DNA from: Acidimicrobiales bacterium
Lineage (GTDB): Bacteria > Actinomycetota > Acidimicrobiia > Acidimicrobiales > Bog-793
Reading direction: 5' to 3'
Assembly (NCBI GenBank): GCA_049523315.1
Contig: JBEKMZ010000001.1
Span: forward strand, 15,147-79,146
Length of the DNA: 64,000 nucleotides
The position numbers and the translations under genes are program-made. Under the pieces are notes generated by a model. It had not been told where the DNA came from, made no database searches, and was given only the letters and a program-made list of their open reading frames with translations. Shown here piece by piece: positions 34,515-43,801 of this stretch (the first letter of the stretch is position 1; each line of letters opens with the position of its first letter).

Positions 34515-35033
34515 ATGGTCGGCCGGGCGCTCGTTCTGAACGCGTCTTTCGAACCTCTCTCGGTCGTAGCGTCGCGACGGGCCCTCGTCCTGGTGCTCTC
34601 GGACAAGGCCGAGCTTCTGCACGGCACCGGTCACGATCTTCACTCCGCCAGGGCGGCGTTCCCAGAGCCGTCCATCGTCCGGCTCGTCAACTACGTCCGG
34701 GTGCCGCACCAGGCCCGTGTCGCGGTGACGCGACGCTCCGTCTTTGTCCGCGACGGCCACCGCTGCCAGTACTGCGGGGCACAAGCGGAGAACATCGACC
34801 ACGTCGTCCCGCGCAGCCGAGGCGGCACGCACAGCTGGGACAACGTGGTCGCCTGCTGCCGTCGCTGCAACAGCCGCAAGGAGGATCGCCTGCCCGACGA
34901 GGCCGGCTTTCGCCTGACCAGGATGCCCCGAGCGCCCCGTTCGCACCTGTGGCTTCTCGCCGCCAGCGGCGAGGTCCGTGACGAGTGGGCTCCCTATGTC
35001 GCGCCCGTCCTCGGCCACGCCGTCGGCCTCTGA
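34515..35033 (+). CDS. HNH endonuclease (McrA-like, CxxC...H...CxxC)
   Basis: ALVLNASFEPL, RDGHRCQYCG, IDHVVPRSRGG and DNVVACCRRCNSRK. Confidence 0.92.
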   Translation: MVGRALVLNASFEPLSVVASRRALVLVLSDKAELLHGTGHDLHSARAAFPEPSIVRLVNYVRVPHQARVAVTRRSVFVRDGHRCQYCGAQAENIDHVVPRSRGGTHSWDNVVACCRRCNSRKEDRLPDEAGFRLTRMPRAPRSHLWLLAASGEVRDEWAPYVAPVLGHAVGL

Positions 35034-35740
35034 TCACGCAAGTCCTCTCCGGTCGCCGTCGGCCCTGGCCCGTTCTCGATCGGCGCGCTTCGCCTGCGGA
35101 GCTACTCGGAGACCGCCCGGACACAGGTGGCCAGCGACTGGCGTGCGTTTGTGTCCCGCTGAGTCCGGCGGTCGTGATCGGGAGCGCCCAGTCGGCCAGT
35201 GACTTCGACGCCGAGGGACTCGAGGCCGTGGGTCTCGACCTCGTGCGCCGCCGCAGCGGGGGCGGCGCCGTTCTCATCTCGCCCGGCGGCCAGGTCTGGC
35301 TCGACGTCTTCGTGCCAAGCGGCGACCAACTCGCGCACCCGGACGTCGGAATGTCGTTCTACTGGTTGGGCGGCGTGTTCGCCGCCGCACTTGCGAACGT
35401 GCTCGCCCTGCCAGCCGGCGCCGGCGCGCCCGAGGTGCACCGCGGCCGCGTGCTCAGCACTCCTTGGTCCAAGGCGCTGTGCTTCGCCGGGCTGGGCGCC
35501 GGCGAGGTGAGCATCGCGGGCCGCAAAGTCGTAGGGATGTCCCAGCGCCGCGAGCGCTCAGGATCGTGGATCCATTCCGTGGCCGTCCTCAGTGCCAGAG
35601 CCGGCGACATCGCCGATCTGCTGTGCGGCCCTGCGGAGCGCCGCACGGCCGCCAAGGCGGTCCTGGATAGAAGCGGACTTCGGGACTCGGAGCATCTCGT
35701 CGGCCCCTTGACCGAGGAGCTGTTGAGCCGGCTTCCTTAG
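35030..35740 (+). CDS. Lipoate-protein ligase / BPL-LPL catalytic-domain protein (start uncertain)
   Basis: PAVVIGSAQ, VRRRSGGGAVL, LCFAGLGAGE and GRKVVGMSQRR. Confidence 0.75.
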   Translation: MITQVLSGRRRPWPVLDRRASPAELLGDRPDTGGQRLACVCVPLSPAVVIGSAQSASDFDAEGLEAVGLDLVRRRSGGGAVLISPGGQVWLDVFVPSGDQLAHPDVGMSFYWLGGVFAAALANVLALPAGAGAPEVHRGRVLSTPWSKALCFAGLGAGEVSIAGRKVVGMSQRRERSGSWIHSVAVLSARAGDIADLLCGPAERRTAAKAVLDRSGLRDSEHLVGPLTEELLSRLP

Positions 35741-35840
35741 GGCTGGGCGCGAGCGTCACGTCGTGGCTACCGGCCCACTCGGCCGCGCGGGCACAGAAGA
35801 AAGAGTCCCGGTTACCTTTCCGCACCCGTTGCGTGACCCC

Positions 35841-35970
35841 TGGTCGGCAGTGGCAGACCCTCCCAGACACGGTGGGGGGCCGCGCAAGCGGATGGTTGAC
35901 GAGTGGGGGGTTTGGACCATAGAGTGGCACGAAGTGGGGACCCGGGGAGGGCTGCCCCTTGACAGTGGGA
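35841..35970 (+). promoter_or_regulatory. dcw promoter with helically phased (A)GTGG MraZ boxes
   Basis: TGG cores at 35841, 35851, 35873, 35893, 35904, 35913, 35925, 35935 and 35966. -35 TTGACG at 35896-901 and -10 TAGAGT at 35920-25 (18-nt spacer). Confidence 0.75.
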
Positions 35971-36417
35971 ACGAAGGTTGCTTTGTCGGCAGGTTTCAAG
36001 TTCGTCGGGAACTTCCCCCGCTCGCTCGATGTCAAGGGCCGGGTGATCCTCCCGTCGCGGATGCGGACTCACTTCGAGGAGCACGGCTACCTAAGCCCGG
36101 GCGCCGACGGTTGCCTGGCTCTTTGGCCCGAGGAGGAGTTCGAGCTCGAGGCCGCGCGACAGCACCAAAAGGACGCTCTTGGTCCCGAGGCCCGCAACGA
36201 CCTGCGCGACTGGGCGGCTCTGGTGACAAGGGTCGAGTTCGATCGGCAGAACCGGATGCCGGTGCCCTCCGAGCTTCGCGTGCTTGGCGATCTCGACCAG
36301 GAGGTCCTCTTCGTCGGCGTCCTGGACCGCGTCGAGCTCTGGTCGCCGCAACGCTGGTCCGCGAGGCGCCTACAACCGGTGGCCGCACCCTCGCCGGAAG
36401 GGCCCGGCCGTGAGTGA
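35959..36417 (+). CDS. mraZ: Division/cell-wall cluster transcriptional regulator MraZ
   Basis: FVGNFPRSLDVKGRVILP and FDRQNRMPVP...LFVGVLDRVELW (two AbrB-like repeats); first gene of the dcw cluster. Confidence 0.92.
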   Translation: MTVGTKVALSAGFKFVGNFPRSLDVKGRVILPSRMRTHFEEHGYLSPGADGCLALWPEEEFELEAARQHQKDALGPEARNDLRDWAALVTRVEFDRQNRMPVPSELRVLGDLDQEVLFVGVLDRVELWSPQRWSARRLQPVAAPSPEGPGRE

Positions 36418-36517
36418 TGACCGACTCGTCACCCCGGCGAGGCCCCGCCGGCATCGAAACGAAAGACGTAGTTCCTGGGTTGCCCGCAGCCCCTCGGCCG
36501 AAGTGCCGGATGGCATT

Positions 36518-36589
36518 CCAACCCTCTCCGCCCTGTCTCATCCTCACTTCGGGGGACGCCCTTCCCCCGATCTGGTCGGGGGGTTGCGG
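36518..36589 (+). ncRNA. Candidate mraW-motif-like cis-regulatory RNA in the rsmH leader
   Basis: CTTCCCC at 36561-67. Two mutually exclusive hairpins: 36549-56/36563-70 and 36564-70/36576-82. Located immediately upstream of rsmH (mraW). Confidence 0.5.
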
Positions 36590-37537
36590 ATGACCCAGGA
36601 GTTCGACCACACGCCGGTCATGGTCGGCGAAGTAGTCGCCATGCTCGAGCCCGTGCCCGCCGGTTTGCTCGTTGACGCGACCGTCGGCGGCGGAGGCCAT
36701 GCAGAGGCGCTTTTGAGCGCAATGCCCGGGCACGATCTGATTGGACTCGACGCCGACGACGACGCCGTGGCCGTGGCCTCAGTACGCCTGGGCGCGTTCG
36801 GGGAGCGGGCGCGGGTTGTAAAGGCACGCTTCGACGAGATGGCGGAGGTGATTGGCGCGTTGGTGCCCCTTCGCCCGGTCGCCGGTGTCCTGTTCGACCT
36901 CGGCGTGAGCTCCCCGCAGCTGGACCGCCCCGAGAGGGGCTTCTCCTATCGCTTCGACGGCCCACTGGACATGCGAATGGACCCTTCTCGCGGGCCTACA
37001 GCCGCTGATGTCGTGAACAGCTTCAGCATCGAGGAACTGATCGAGCTACTCGTGAGCAACGGCGAGGGCCGCTTCGCCCGTCGCCTCGCCGAAGGGATCG
37101 TCTCCAGCCGGCCGATCGAGACGACCGCCCGGCTGGTCGAGGTCATCGAGCGTCACCTGCCCGGCGTTGCCCGCAAGAGACCTGGTCACCCGGCCAAGCG
37201 GGTCTTCCAGGCGCTGCGTATCGCCGTCAACCAGGAACTCGAGGTTCTCGAAGCGGGGCTGGAGATCGCCCTCGACCTGCTCACACCGGGTGGCCGCTGC
37301 GTCGTGCTGTCGTACCACTCGGGTGAGGACCGGCTCGTGAAACAGTGCTTCGCGCGTGCCGCGACCGGTGGCTGCACCTGCCCGCCCGGCCTGCCCTGTG
37401 TCTGTGGAGCGGTGGGTACGGTCAGAGTGCTTACGCGAGGGGCCCGCCTCCCGGCCCCCGCCGAAGCGGCGCGGAACCCGCGTGCCGCCAGCGCCAGGAT
37501 GCGCGTCGCCGAACGCCTCGCGAAAGGGACCGGTTGA
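36590..37537 (+). CDS. rsmH: 16S rRNA (cytosine1402-N4)-methyltransferase
   Basis: HTPVM, DATVGGGGHA, DLGVSSPQLD..ERGFSY, LDMRMD, FQALRIAVNQEL, SYHSGEDR and NPRAASARMR. Confidence 0.95.
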   Translation: MTQEFDHTPVMVGEVVAMLEPVPAGLLVDATVGGGGHAEALLSAMPGHDLIGLDADDDAVAVASVRLGAFGERARVVKARFDEMAEVIGALVPLRPVAGVLFDLGVSSPQLDRPERGFSYRFDGPLDMRMDPSRGPTAADVVNSFSIEELIELLVSNGEGRFARRLAEGIVSSRPIETTARLVEVIERHLPGVARKRPGHPAKRVFQALRIAVNQELEVLEAGLEIALDLLTPGGRCVVLSYHSGEDRLVKQCFARAATGGCTCPPGLPCVCGAVGTVRVLTRGARLPAPAEAARNPRAASARMRVAERLAKGTG

Positions 37538-38133
37538 TGGCCGTCACCGCCCGCGCGGTGAGCGCAACAGGGCGCGCTCTGCCGGCAATTGAGGCGCCCG
37601 CCGTCCACCCGGAGGACGGGGCGGGTGCCCGCCCGCGCCTTGATGTCGTCGACCGCCGCGCGAGCGCGCCACGATCGGTCCACCGTCAGGTAATGGTGCT
37701 GCGCACCCTCGGCGTGCTCTTCGTCGTCGGTGCCCTCGCAGTGACCGCGGCCGCGCACACCTTCGTCGCGTTCGATCAGCAGCGCGTCGACGCCCTGCAG
37801 CTCGAGCTCACACGTACCGTCGCCCAGCAGCAGAACCTGCAGATCTCACGGGCCGAGCTGGAGTCACCCGTGCGGGTTCTCAGCATCGCCGAGCACCAGC
37901 TAGGCATGGTCGCCCCTGGCGCCGTCTCATACCTGGCACCAGTCAACCCAGGCCTATCGGTCGTGCAGGCGGGATCCGCCGCCAAGACCGCAGCGGGCCA
38001 ACAAGCGGGGCAAGCGTCCCGTTCCGCCAGGTCCAGTCGCGGTGCCAACGCCGTCCATGGTTCGAAGACGGGTCTCGGAGCAACGAGGGGAAGTACCGGG
38101 GGCCGATCCAGCGCGATCAGCCCACCCGGGTGA
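37537..38133 (+). CDS. ftsL: Cell division protein FtsL-like
   Basis: One TM helix, then a coiled coil ending LESPVRVLSIAEHQLGMV; located between rsmH and ftsI. Confidence 0.75.
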   Translation: MAVTARAVSATGRALPAIEAPAVHPEDGAGARPRLDVVDRRASAPRSVHRQVMVLRTLGVLFVVGALAVTAAAHTFVAFDQQRVDALQLELTRTVAQQQNLQISRAELESPVRVLSIAEHQLGMVAPGAVSYLAPVNPGLSVVQAGSAAKTAAGQQAGQASRSARSSRGANAVHGSKTGLGATRGSTGGRSSAISPPG

Positions 38134-40073
38134 GCGAATTGACCCCGTCCGGCCGGGGGGCGAGGGCCCGCCCGGGCGCCAAGGCGGGACCAGGTGCACG
38201 TCGTCGCACCCCTCGAGGCGAGGTCGCGGCGCGGCCCGGGCGCTCCGCCGCGGCGAGCAGTCGCACAGGTACCCGCAGCCGCGCGAGCACGCCGGTCCGC
38301 GCTCCTGCGCGCGAGCGAAGCTCACGCGCAGGGATCTCGAGGCGGGTGGCGGCTTCGGAAAAGCCCGTCCGTACAGGCAGGCGACTGGTCGTCATGATCG
38401 GGATTGCCGCGCTCGCCCTGTCGGGCCTAGCAGCCCGCCTGGTCCAGATCCAGGGCGTCGACGCGTCCCATTACGCTTCCTACGGATCGCAAGAGGTCTA
38501 TGAGAAAGTCCCGCTGCCTGCGCTTCGCGGGGCTATCTATGACCGCGACGGCAACCTGTTGGCGGCGTCCGCCCCGCGGGTCGACATCGTCGCCGACGAC
38601 TACCTAGTGACGAATCCGGGCGCCGCCCTCGGCCGTCTCGCCTCGTTACTCCACATGTCCGAAGCGGCGCTTCGTACCAAGCTCAGCGAGCGCAGCGGCT
38701 ACGTGCCCCTCGCGTACCAGGTGAGCGGAGCCGTCGAACAGAACGTGGCCGCCCTAGACCTTCCGTATCTGAGCTACACGCCCGACGTATCCCGGGTCGA
38801 TCCGGACGGCGAGCTCTTTTCTCCCGTTCTCGGGATCGTCGGTTTCGGCAGTCGGGCCCTGTCAGGTCTCGAGTACATGGAGAACTCCGAGCTCGCCGGC
38901 TCGGCCGGCTCGGAGGTCGTGCCGACTGGTCCCACCGGTGAGGGGCTCCCAGGCTCGCCGACCGACCTTACCGCGGCGCGCCAGGGCACCAGCCTCGTGC
39001 TGACCTTGGACGAGCCGCTCCAGTTCGAGGTCACGACGGCGCTCGCCCAGCAGATCAAGGCCACCCATGCGACCGGAGGAGTGGCGATGGTCGAGGACCG
39101 CCGGACAGGCGGGATCCTCGCCATGGTCGATCTCACCGTCGAGCACGGCAAGGTGGTGCCGGCAGAACAGAACCTGGCGGTCACATCTGTCTACCAGCCC
39201 GGCTCGGTCATGAAGCTCGTGACGATCTCGGGGGCCCTCCAAGAGCGCCTGATCACGCCGCAGTCGGTCTTCACAGTGCCCTATCAGATCTCGCTCGGCG
39301 GCTGGCCGTTCAACGACGCCGAATACCACCCGACCGAGAGGCTCACTGCCACCCAGATCCTGGCCCAGTCGTCGAACATCGGCACGATCGAGATCGCCCA
39401 TCGCCTCGGGGCCGAGCACCTCTCCTATTTCCTGCGCGACCTCGGATTCGGCGAGCCGACCGGCCTCGGGTGGCCCGGCGAAAGCCCCGGCCTCGTGCCG
39501 AGCCCGAACGACCCGACCAGCTGGTCCGCCTCCTCGATGGGGACCGTCCCGATCGGCACAGGCGAGGCCGTCACCCCGCTCCAGATCCTGGACGCCTACA
39601 ACGCCGTCGCGAACGGAGGCAAGCTCATCACTCCTCGCCTCGTGGAGGCGACGGTCGGGCCCAACGGCGCCGAGCATGTCCTCCCTGCCCAAAAGGCGCG
39701 GCGCGTGCTCTCCGAACGCACCGTCAAAGAGCTGTTGCCCATGCTCGAGCAGGTGACCGAGGACGGCACCGCCGTCGCGGCCCGCATCCCGGGCTACACG
39801 GTCGCCGGCAAGACCGGGACGGCACAGGTCCCGAGTGCCGACGGGGGCTATACAGAAGGCGCCTGGAACGCCACCTTCGTCGGGTTCGCCCCCGCTCAGA
39901 ACCCGGCCCTGACGACCTTTGTCATGCTCAGCCACCCTGATCTCATCTACGGTGGCCTCGCGTCCGCGCCGGTCTTCTCCGACATCATGAGATACGCCCT
40001 GCGCCACTTCGACATCGCACCGACGGGCGGCACAGGGCTTTCCTCGGGCACTTCGGTGACTGGTGCGCCATGA
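38130..40073 (+). CDS. ftsI: Class B penicillin-binding protein FtsI/PBP3
   Basis: RGAIYDRDG, YQPGSVMK (SxxK), SSN (SxN) and GKTGTAQ (KTG); long Arg-rich cytoplasmic N-terminus. Confidence 0.93.
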   Translation: MSELTPSGRGARARPGAKAGPGARRRTPRGEVAARPGRSAAASSRTGTRSRASTPVRAPARERSSRAGISRRVAASEKPVRTGRRLVVMIGIAALALSGLAARLVQIQGVDASHYASYGSQEVYEKVPLPALRGAIYDRDGNLLAASAPRVDIVADDYLVTNPGAALGRLASLLHMSEAALRTKLSERSGYVPLAYQVSGAVEQNVAALDLPYLSYTPDVSRVDPDGELFSPVLGIVGFGSRALSGLEYMENSELAGSAGSEVVPTGPTGEGLPGSPTDLTAARQGTSLVLTLDEPLQFEVTTALAQQIKATHATGGVAMVEDRRTGGILAMVDLTVEHGKVVPAEQNLAVTSVYQPGSVMKLVTISGALQERLITPQSVFTVPYQISLGGWPFNDAEYHPTERLTATQILAQSSNIGTIEIAHRLGAEHLSYFLRDLGFGEPTGLGWPGESPGLVPSPNDPTSWSASSMGTVPIGTGEAVTPLQILDAYNAVANGGKLITPRLVEATVGPNGAEHVLPAQKARRVLSERTVKELLPMLEQVTEDGTAVAARIPGYTVAGKTGTAQVPSADGGYTEGAWNATFVGFAPAQNPALTTFVMLSHPDLIYGGLASAPVFSDIMRYALRHFDIAPTGGTGLSSGTSVTGAP

Positions 40074-41542
40074 GCAGCGCCGCGACGAGCCAGGTCGCCC
40101 CGCAGGTGCCGCTCGAGGACTTCGCGGCGCGGCTTCATCCCGTGCAGGTCATCGGATCCCTCGGCGGGGTGGTCGTCTCCTCGGTCACCTACGACCACCG
40201 CAGTGTCACACCCGGCGCCCTGCACTGCTGCCTTGTGGGAGAGCGCGTCGACGGGCACGAGTTCGCCCCTGCCGCTGCACTTAAGGGAGCGGTAGCGTTC
40301 GTCTGCGAGCGCCTGCTCGAAGACGAAGCAGCCAGTGTCGTCCAGCTGCTCGTCGGCCCGGGCGGCGCCCGCCGGGCGATGGCCCTTGCCGCCTGTGTGC
40401 TGTGGGGCGACCCGGCCTCGTCACTTAAGACGGTCGGGGTCACCGGTACCAACGGCAAGACGACAACGACCTATTTCCTCCGCGCGGTGCTCGAAGAGCA
40501 CGGTTGGCCCACGGCCGTGATCGGCACGCTCGGTGGGCCGCGCACGACCCCCGAGGCGCCCGATCTGCAACGCGCGCTCGCGCACGCAAGGGACTCGAAC
40601 CGTTCCGCCGTCGCGCTCGAGGTGTCCTCGCACGCGCTCGCGCAGCACCGCCTCGACGGCTACCGCCACGACGTGGTTGTGTTCACGAACCTGAGCCAGG
40701 ACCACCTCGACTACCACGGGACGATGCAGGCCTACTTCGAGGCCAAAGAGCTGCTCTTCACGCCCGAGCACGCCTTCCGGGCTGTTGTCAACGAGGACGA
40801 CCCGTTCGGCCGGCGCTTGCTCGAGACGGTCGCGATCCCGGTCGGAGCCTTCTCCATTGGCCAGGCCGAGCAGCTCGATGTGGGCCTCGAGGAAAGCCGC
40901 TTCCGCCTCGACGGCGAGCCGGTCCGGGTGCGTCCCGGCGGGGAGATCAATGTCCGCAACGCCCTTGCCGCGGCTGCGGCCGCGCGCGCCTTGGGAGTGC
41001 CCGCGGCGACGATAGCGGCGGGGCTTTCGGCCGCCACGGGCCCTGCCGGGCGCCTCGAGGCCGTGCCCACCGACATCGGGGTCGAGGTCGTCGTGGACTA
41101 CGCGCATACACCCGCCGGGCTCATGGAGATACTCAAAGCGGCGCGTGCCGAGGCGGGACCCCGTTCGGGGAAGGTGATCGTGGTCTTCGGCTGCGGCGGG
41201 GACCGGGACCGGGACAAGCGGCCCATGATGGGCTCGGTCGCCACCAAGCTCGCGGACGTTGCCGTCCTCACCTCCGACAACCCCCGCAGCGAGGACCCGG
41301 ACGCGATCATCGCCGAGGTGAGGGCGGGTTGTGACGGAACGGCGCGTCTCGTCATCGAGCCCGACCGGCGCCGGGCGATCGCAGCCGCGCTCGAGTTTGC
41401 CGGTGGGGGTGACGTTGTCGTCGTCGCCGGCAAGGGGCACGAGACGGTCCAGGAGATCGGGGACCGGTTGATCGAGTTCAGCGACCGTCAGGTCCTCGCC
41501 GAGGAGCTCGCACGGATTACACGCGAGGGGACCGGCAAGTGA
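40070..41542 (+). CDS. murE: UDP-MurNAc-tripeptide synthetase, meso-DAP type
   Basis: GVTGTNGKTTT, TTPE, EVSSHAL, FTNLSQDHLDYHG, VDYAHTP, FGCGGDRDRDKRPMM and DNPR (meso-DAP specificity motif). Confidence 0.95.
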   Translation: MSSAATSQVAPQVPLEDFAARLHPVQVIGSLGGVVVSSVTYDHRSVTPGALHCCLVGERVDGHEFAPAAALKGAVAFVCERLLEDEAASVVQLLVGPGGARRAMALAACVLWGDPASSLKTVGVTGTNGKTTTTYFLRAVLEEHGWPTAVIGTLGGPRTTPEAPDLQRALAHARDSNRSAVALEVSSHALAQHRLDGYRHDVVVFTNLSQDHLDYHGTMQAYFEAKELLFTPEHAFRAVVNEDDPFGRRLLETVAIPVGAFSIGQAEQLDVGLEESRFRLDGEPVRVRPGGEINVRNALAAAAAARALGVPAATIAAGLSAATGPAGRLEAVPTDIGVEVVVDYAHTPAGLMEILKAARAEAGPRSGKVIVVFGCGGDRDRDKRPMMGSVATKLADVAVLTSDNPRSEDPDAIIAEVRAGCDGTARLVIEPDRRRAIAAALEFAGGGDVVVVAGKGHETVQEIGDRLIEFSDRQVLAEELARITREGTGK

Positions 41543-42573
41543 TCCCTCTCCTGTCCGCGGGAGCTGTCTCGATTCTCGTGTCCGGCTTCGGGACGCCGAT
41601 CCTGCTTCGCTGGCTCATCCGCTGGCGGATCGGCCAGCAGATCCGTGTCGACGGGCCCGCCCACCACACGGTGAAGGCCGGCACCCCGACCATGGGCGGT
41701 GTCGCCATCTTGATGGCGGTGGTCGCCGGCTACTGCCTCGGGCACGTCGGCACCTCGGCCCCCTTCACACGGCCTGCGCTGCTCGTGCTCGCCGCCATCG
41801 TCGCCGCGGGCGCCGTCGGGGCGGCCGACGACTGGATCAAGGTGAGCAGGCGACGCTCGCTGGGACTCAACAAGCGCTGGAAGACCTTCGGCCTCGTCGC
41901 CGTCGCTGTCGCCTTTTGCATCGCGGAGGTGCACTGGGGCGGGGTCCGCACGACGCTGTCGTTCACGCGCTACGACCTGCCAGGCCTCGAGCTCGGCGCT
42001 GTGGGCTGGGTCATCTGGGGAACCGTGGTCATCTTCGGGACGGCCAACTCGGTGAACCTGACCGACGGCCTCGACGGTCTCGCCGCCGGCTCGGCTGCCT
42101 TCGTCTGCGGCTTCCTCGCCCTCGTCGGTTTCGTGCAGTACCGGCACCCGGCCATCTACGGTGTGCGCTCCGCCCTCGACCTCGCCCTCGTGGCGGTGTC
42201 GATGGGCGGTGCATGTGTCGGTTTTTTGTGGTGGAACGCCGCCCCGGCGCGCATCATCATGGGCGACACGGGCTCGCTGTCGATCGGGACGGGGCTCGCG
42301 TGTCTCGCCCTGGCGATGAACGTGCAGCTGCTCCTGCCCGTCATCGGCGGCCTGTTCGTCCTCGTCACGCTGTCGGTCGTGATCCAGGTGATCAGCTTCA
42401 GGGTCTTCCACCGTCGCGTGTTCCTGATGGCGCCCCTGCACCACCACTTCGAGTTGAAGGGGTGGCCCGAGACGACCGTCACCGTCCGCTTCTGGATCTT
42501 CTCCGGCCTGTGCGTGGCACTCGGTTTGGGCCTGTTCTACGCCGACTTCCTCTCGACGGGGTCGTTCAAGTGA
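41539..42573 (+). CDS. mraY: Phospho-N-acetylmuramoyl-pentapeptide transferase
   Basis: KAGTPTMGG, GAADDWIK, NSVNLTDGLDGL, IMGDTGSL and MAPLHHHFE. Confidence 0.96.
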   Translation: MIPLLSAGAVSILVSGFGTPILLRWLIRWRIGQQIRVDGPAHHTVKAGTPTMGGVAILMAVVAGYCLGHVGTSAPFTRPALLVLAAIVAAGAVGAADDWIKVSRRRSLGLNKRWKTFGLVAVAVAFCIAEVHWGGVRTTLSFTRYDLPGLELGAVGWVIWGTVVIFGTANSVNLTDGLDGLAAGSAAFVCGFLALVGFVQYRHPAIYGVRSALDLALVAVSMGGACVGFLWWNAAPARIIMGDTGSLSIGTGLACLALAMNVQLLLPVIGGLFVLVTLSVVIQVISFRVFHRRVFLMAPLHHHFELKGWPETTVTVRFWIFSGLCVALGLGLFYADFLSTGSFK

Positions 42574-43799
42574 GCCGCTCGGCAACGGCGCGCGTCGCGA
42601 CGGGACCGGAGCCCGCCGCGAGGCGCAGAGCGCAATCGAGCACCCGCCCGCCTATGGAGCTCGTAAAGGGCAGGGCGCGGGCGCGAGGCGCGGCTCATCT
42701 CAGCACCGAGGCAAAGGTGCTCTTCGCCTCGGTCACGGGCCTGTGCCTGCTCGGCCTGCCCATCGTGCTCTCCGCCTCGGCTCCCGGGGCTATCGTCGCC
42801 GGCGCCTCACCATGGTCCTACGAAATCCGTCAATGCATCTACATGGCCATTGGCGTGAGCGCGGCCGTGGTCGCGAGCCGCACGCCGACGGCGTACATAA
42901 GAAAGCTCCGTTTCTTGCTTCCTTTTGTTGCCCTATCGCTCCTCGTTGTCGTCTTCGTCCCTGGCATCGGACACTTCTCCGGTGGCTCGAGCCGTTGGGT
43001 CGGGGTCGGCTCGATCCAGATACAGCCCTCTGAGCTGATGAAGCTGGCCATCATCGTCTTCGCGGCCGACCTGCTCGCACGGCGCGCGAAGCGCCGCGAT
43101 CATTGGCGCGCCGTCGTTCGGCCGCTGCTCTTCTTCCTCGCGATCGCGGCCGTGCTCATCCTCAAGCAGCCCGACCTCGGCACCACGATCGTGGTCGGTT
43201 GCATCGCCTTCTCGATGCTGTTCGCAGCCGGGGTTGGGCTTTTCGCGCTCGTGGTTCCGGGCGGCATTGTGCTGGCGGCCGGCTCGGTGCTTGCGATGTC
43301 GACGACCTACATGCGCGACCGCCTGCTCTCGTTCCTCGACCCGTTCGCCCACGCCTCGACGACCGGGTACCAGGTCGTGCAGTCGCTCGCCACCCTCGGC
43401 CTCGGTGGTGTCACCGGGAGCGGCGTCGGGGGGTCGGTTACGCCCTGGGGGTACCTCCCCAACGCCCACACCGACTTCGTCTTCGCCGTGATCGCCGGCA
43501 ACCTCGGCCTCGTCGGGGCCTTCGTCGTCCTCGCCGGATTCGCCGCCTTCGGCTGGGCTGGGCTCCGTATCGCGCTCAGAGAGAAGGACCCCTTCGCACG
43601 CTTCGTCGCCGTCGGGGTCACCTGTTGGGTGCTCTCCCAGGCTGTGATCAACATCGGCGGTGTCGTCGACGCCCTTCCCGTGACGGGCATACCCCTGCCA
43701 TTCATCTCCTACGGCGGCTCTTCGCTCGTCGTCGTCCTCGTCGCGGTCGGGGTTCTCTTCGGGATCGCCCGGCGCCAATCGGCGACGGCCCCGGCGTAA
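42570..43799 (+). CDS. ftsW: SEDS peptidoglycan glycosyltransferase FtsW
   Basis: GSSRW, IQPSELMK, QPDLGT, GYQVVQS, LPNAHTDFVFAVI and GIPLPFISYGGSS. Confidence 0.93.
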   Translation: MSRSATARVATGPEPAARRRAQSSTRPPMELVKGRARARGAAHLSTEAKVLFASVTGLCLLGLPIVLSASAPGAIVAGASPWSYEIRQCIYMAIGVSAAVVASRTPTAYIRKLRFLLPFVALSLLVVVFVPGIGHFSGGSSRWVGVGSIQIQPSELMKLAIIVFAADLLARRAKRRDHWRAVVRPLLFFLAIAAVLILKQPDLGTTIVVGCIAFSMLFAAGVGLFALVVPGGIVLAAGSVLAMSTTYMRDRLLSFLDPFAHASTTGYQVVQSLATLGLGGVTGSGVGGSVTPWGYLPNAHTDFVFAVIAGNLGLVGAFVVLAGFAAFGWAGLRIALREKDPFARFVAVGVTCWVLSQAVINIGGVVDALPVTGIPLPFISYGGSSLVVVLVAVGVLFGIARRQSATAPA

Positions 43800-43801
43800 A
43801 G

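Noticed and set aside
34515-35033. HNH gene as a homing endonuclease, mobile element or defence island
   Set aside because: No intron, transposase, terminal repeats or GC shift; the motif style matches the conserved actinobacterial standalone HNH.
36284-36589. Long N-terminal extension of RsmH as a real domain
   Set aside because: RsmH homology begins at MTQEFDHTPV (36590); the extension overlaps mraZ and is low-complexity. It is kept only as a possible regulatory read-through.
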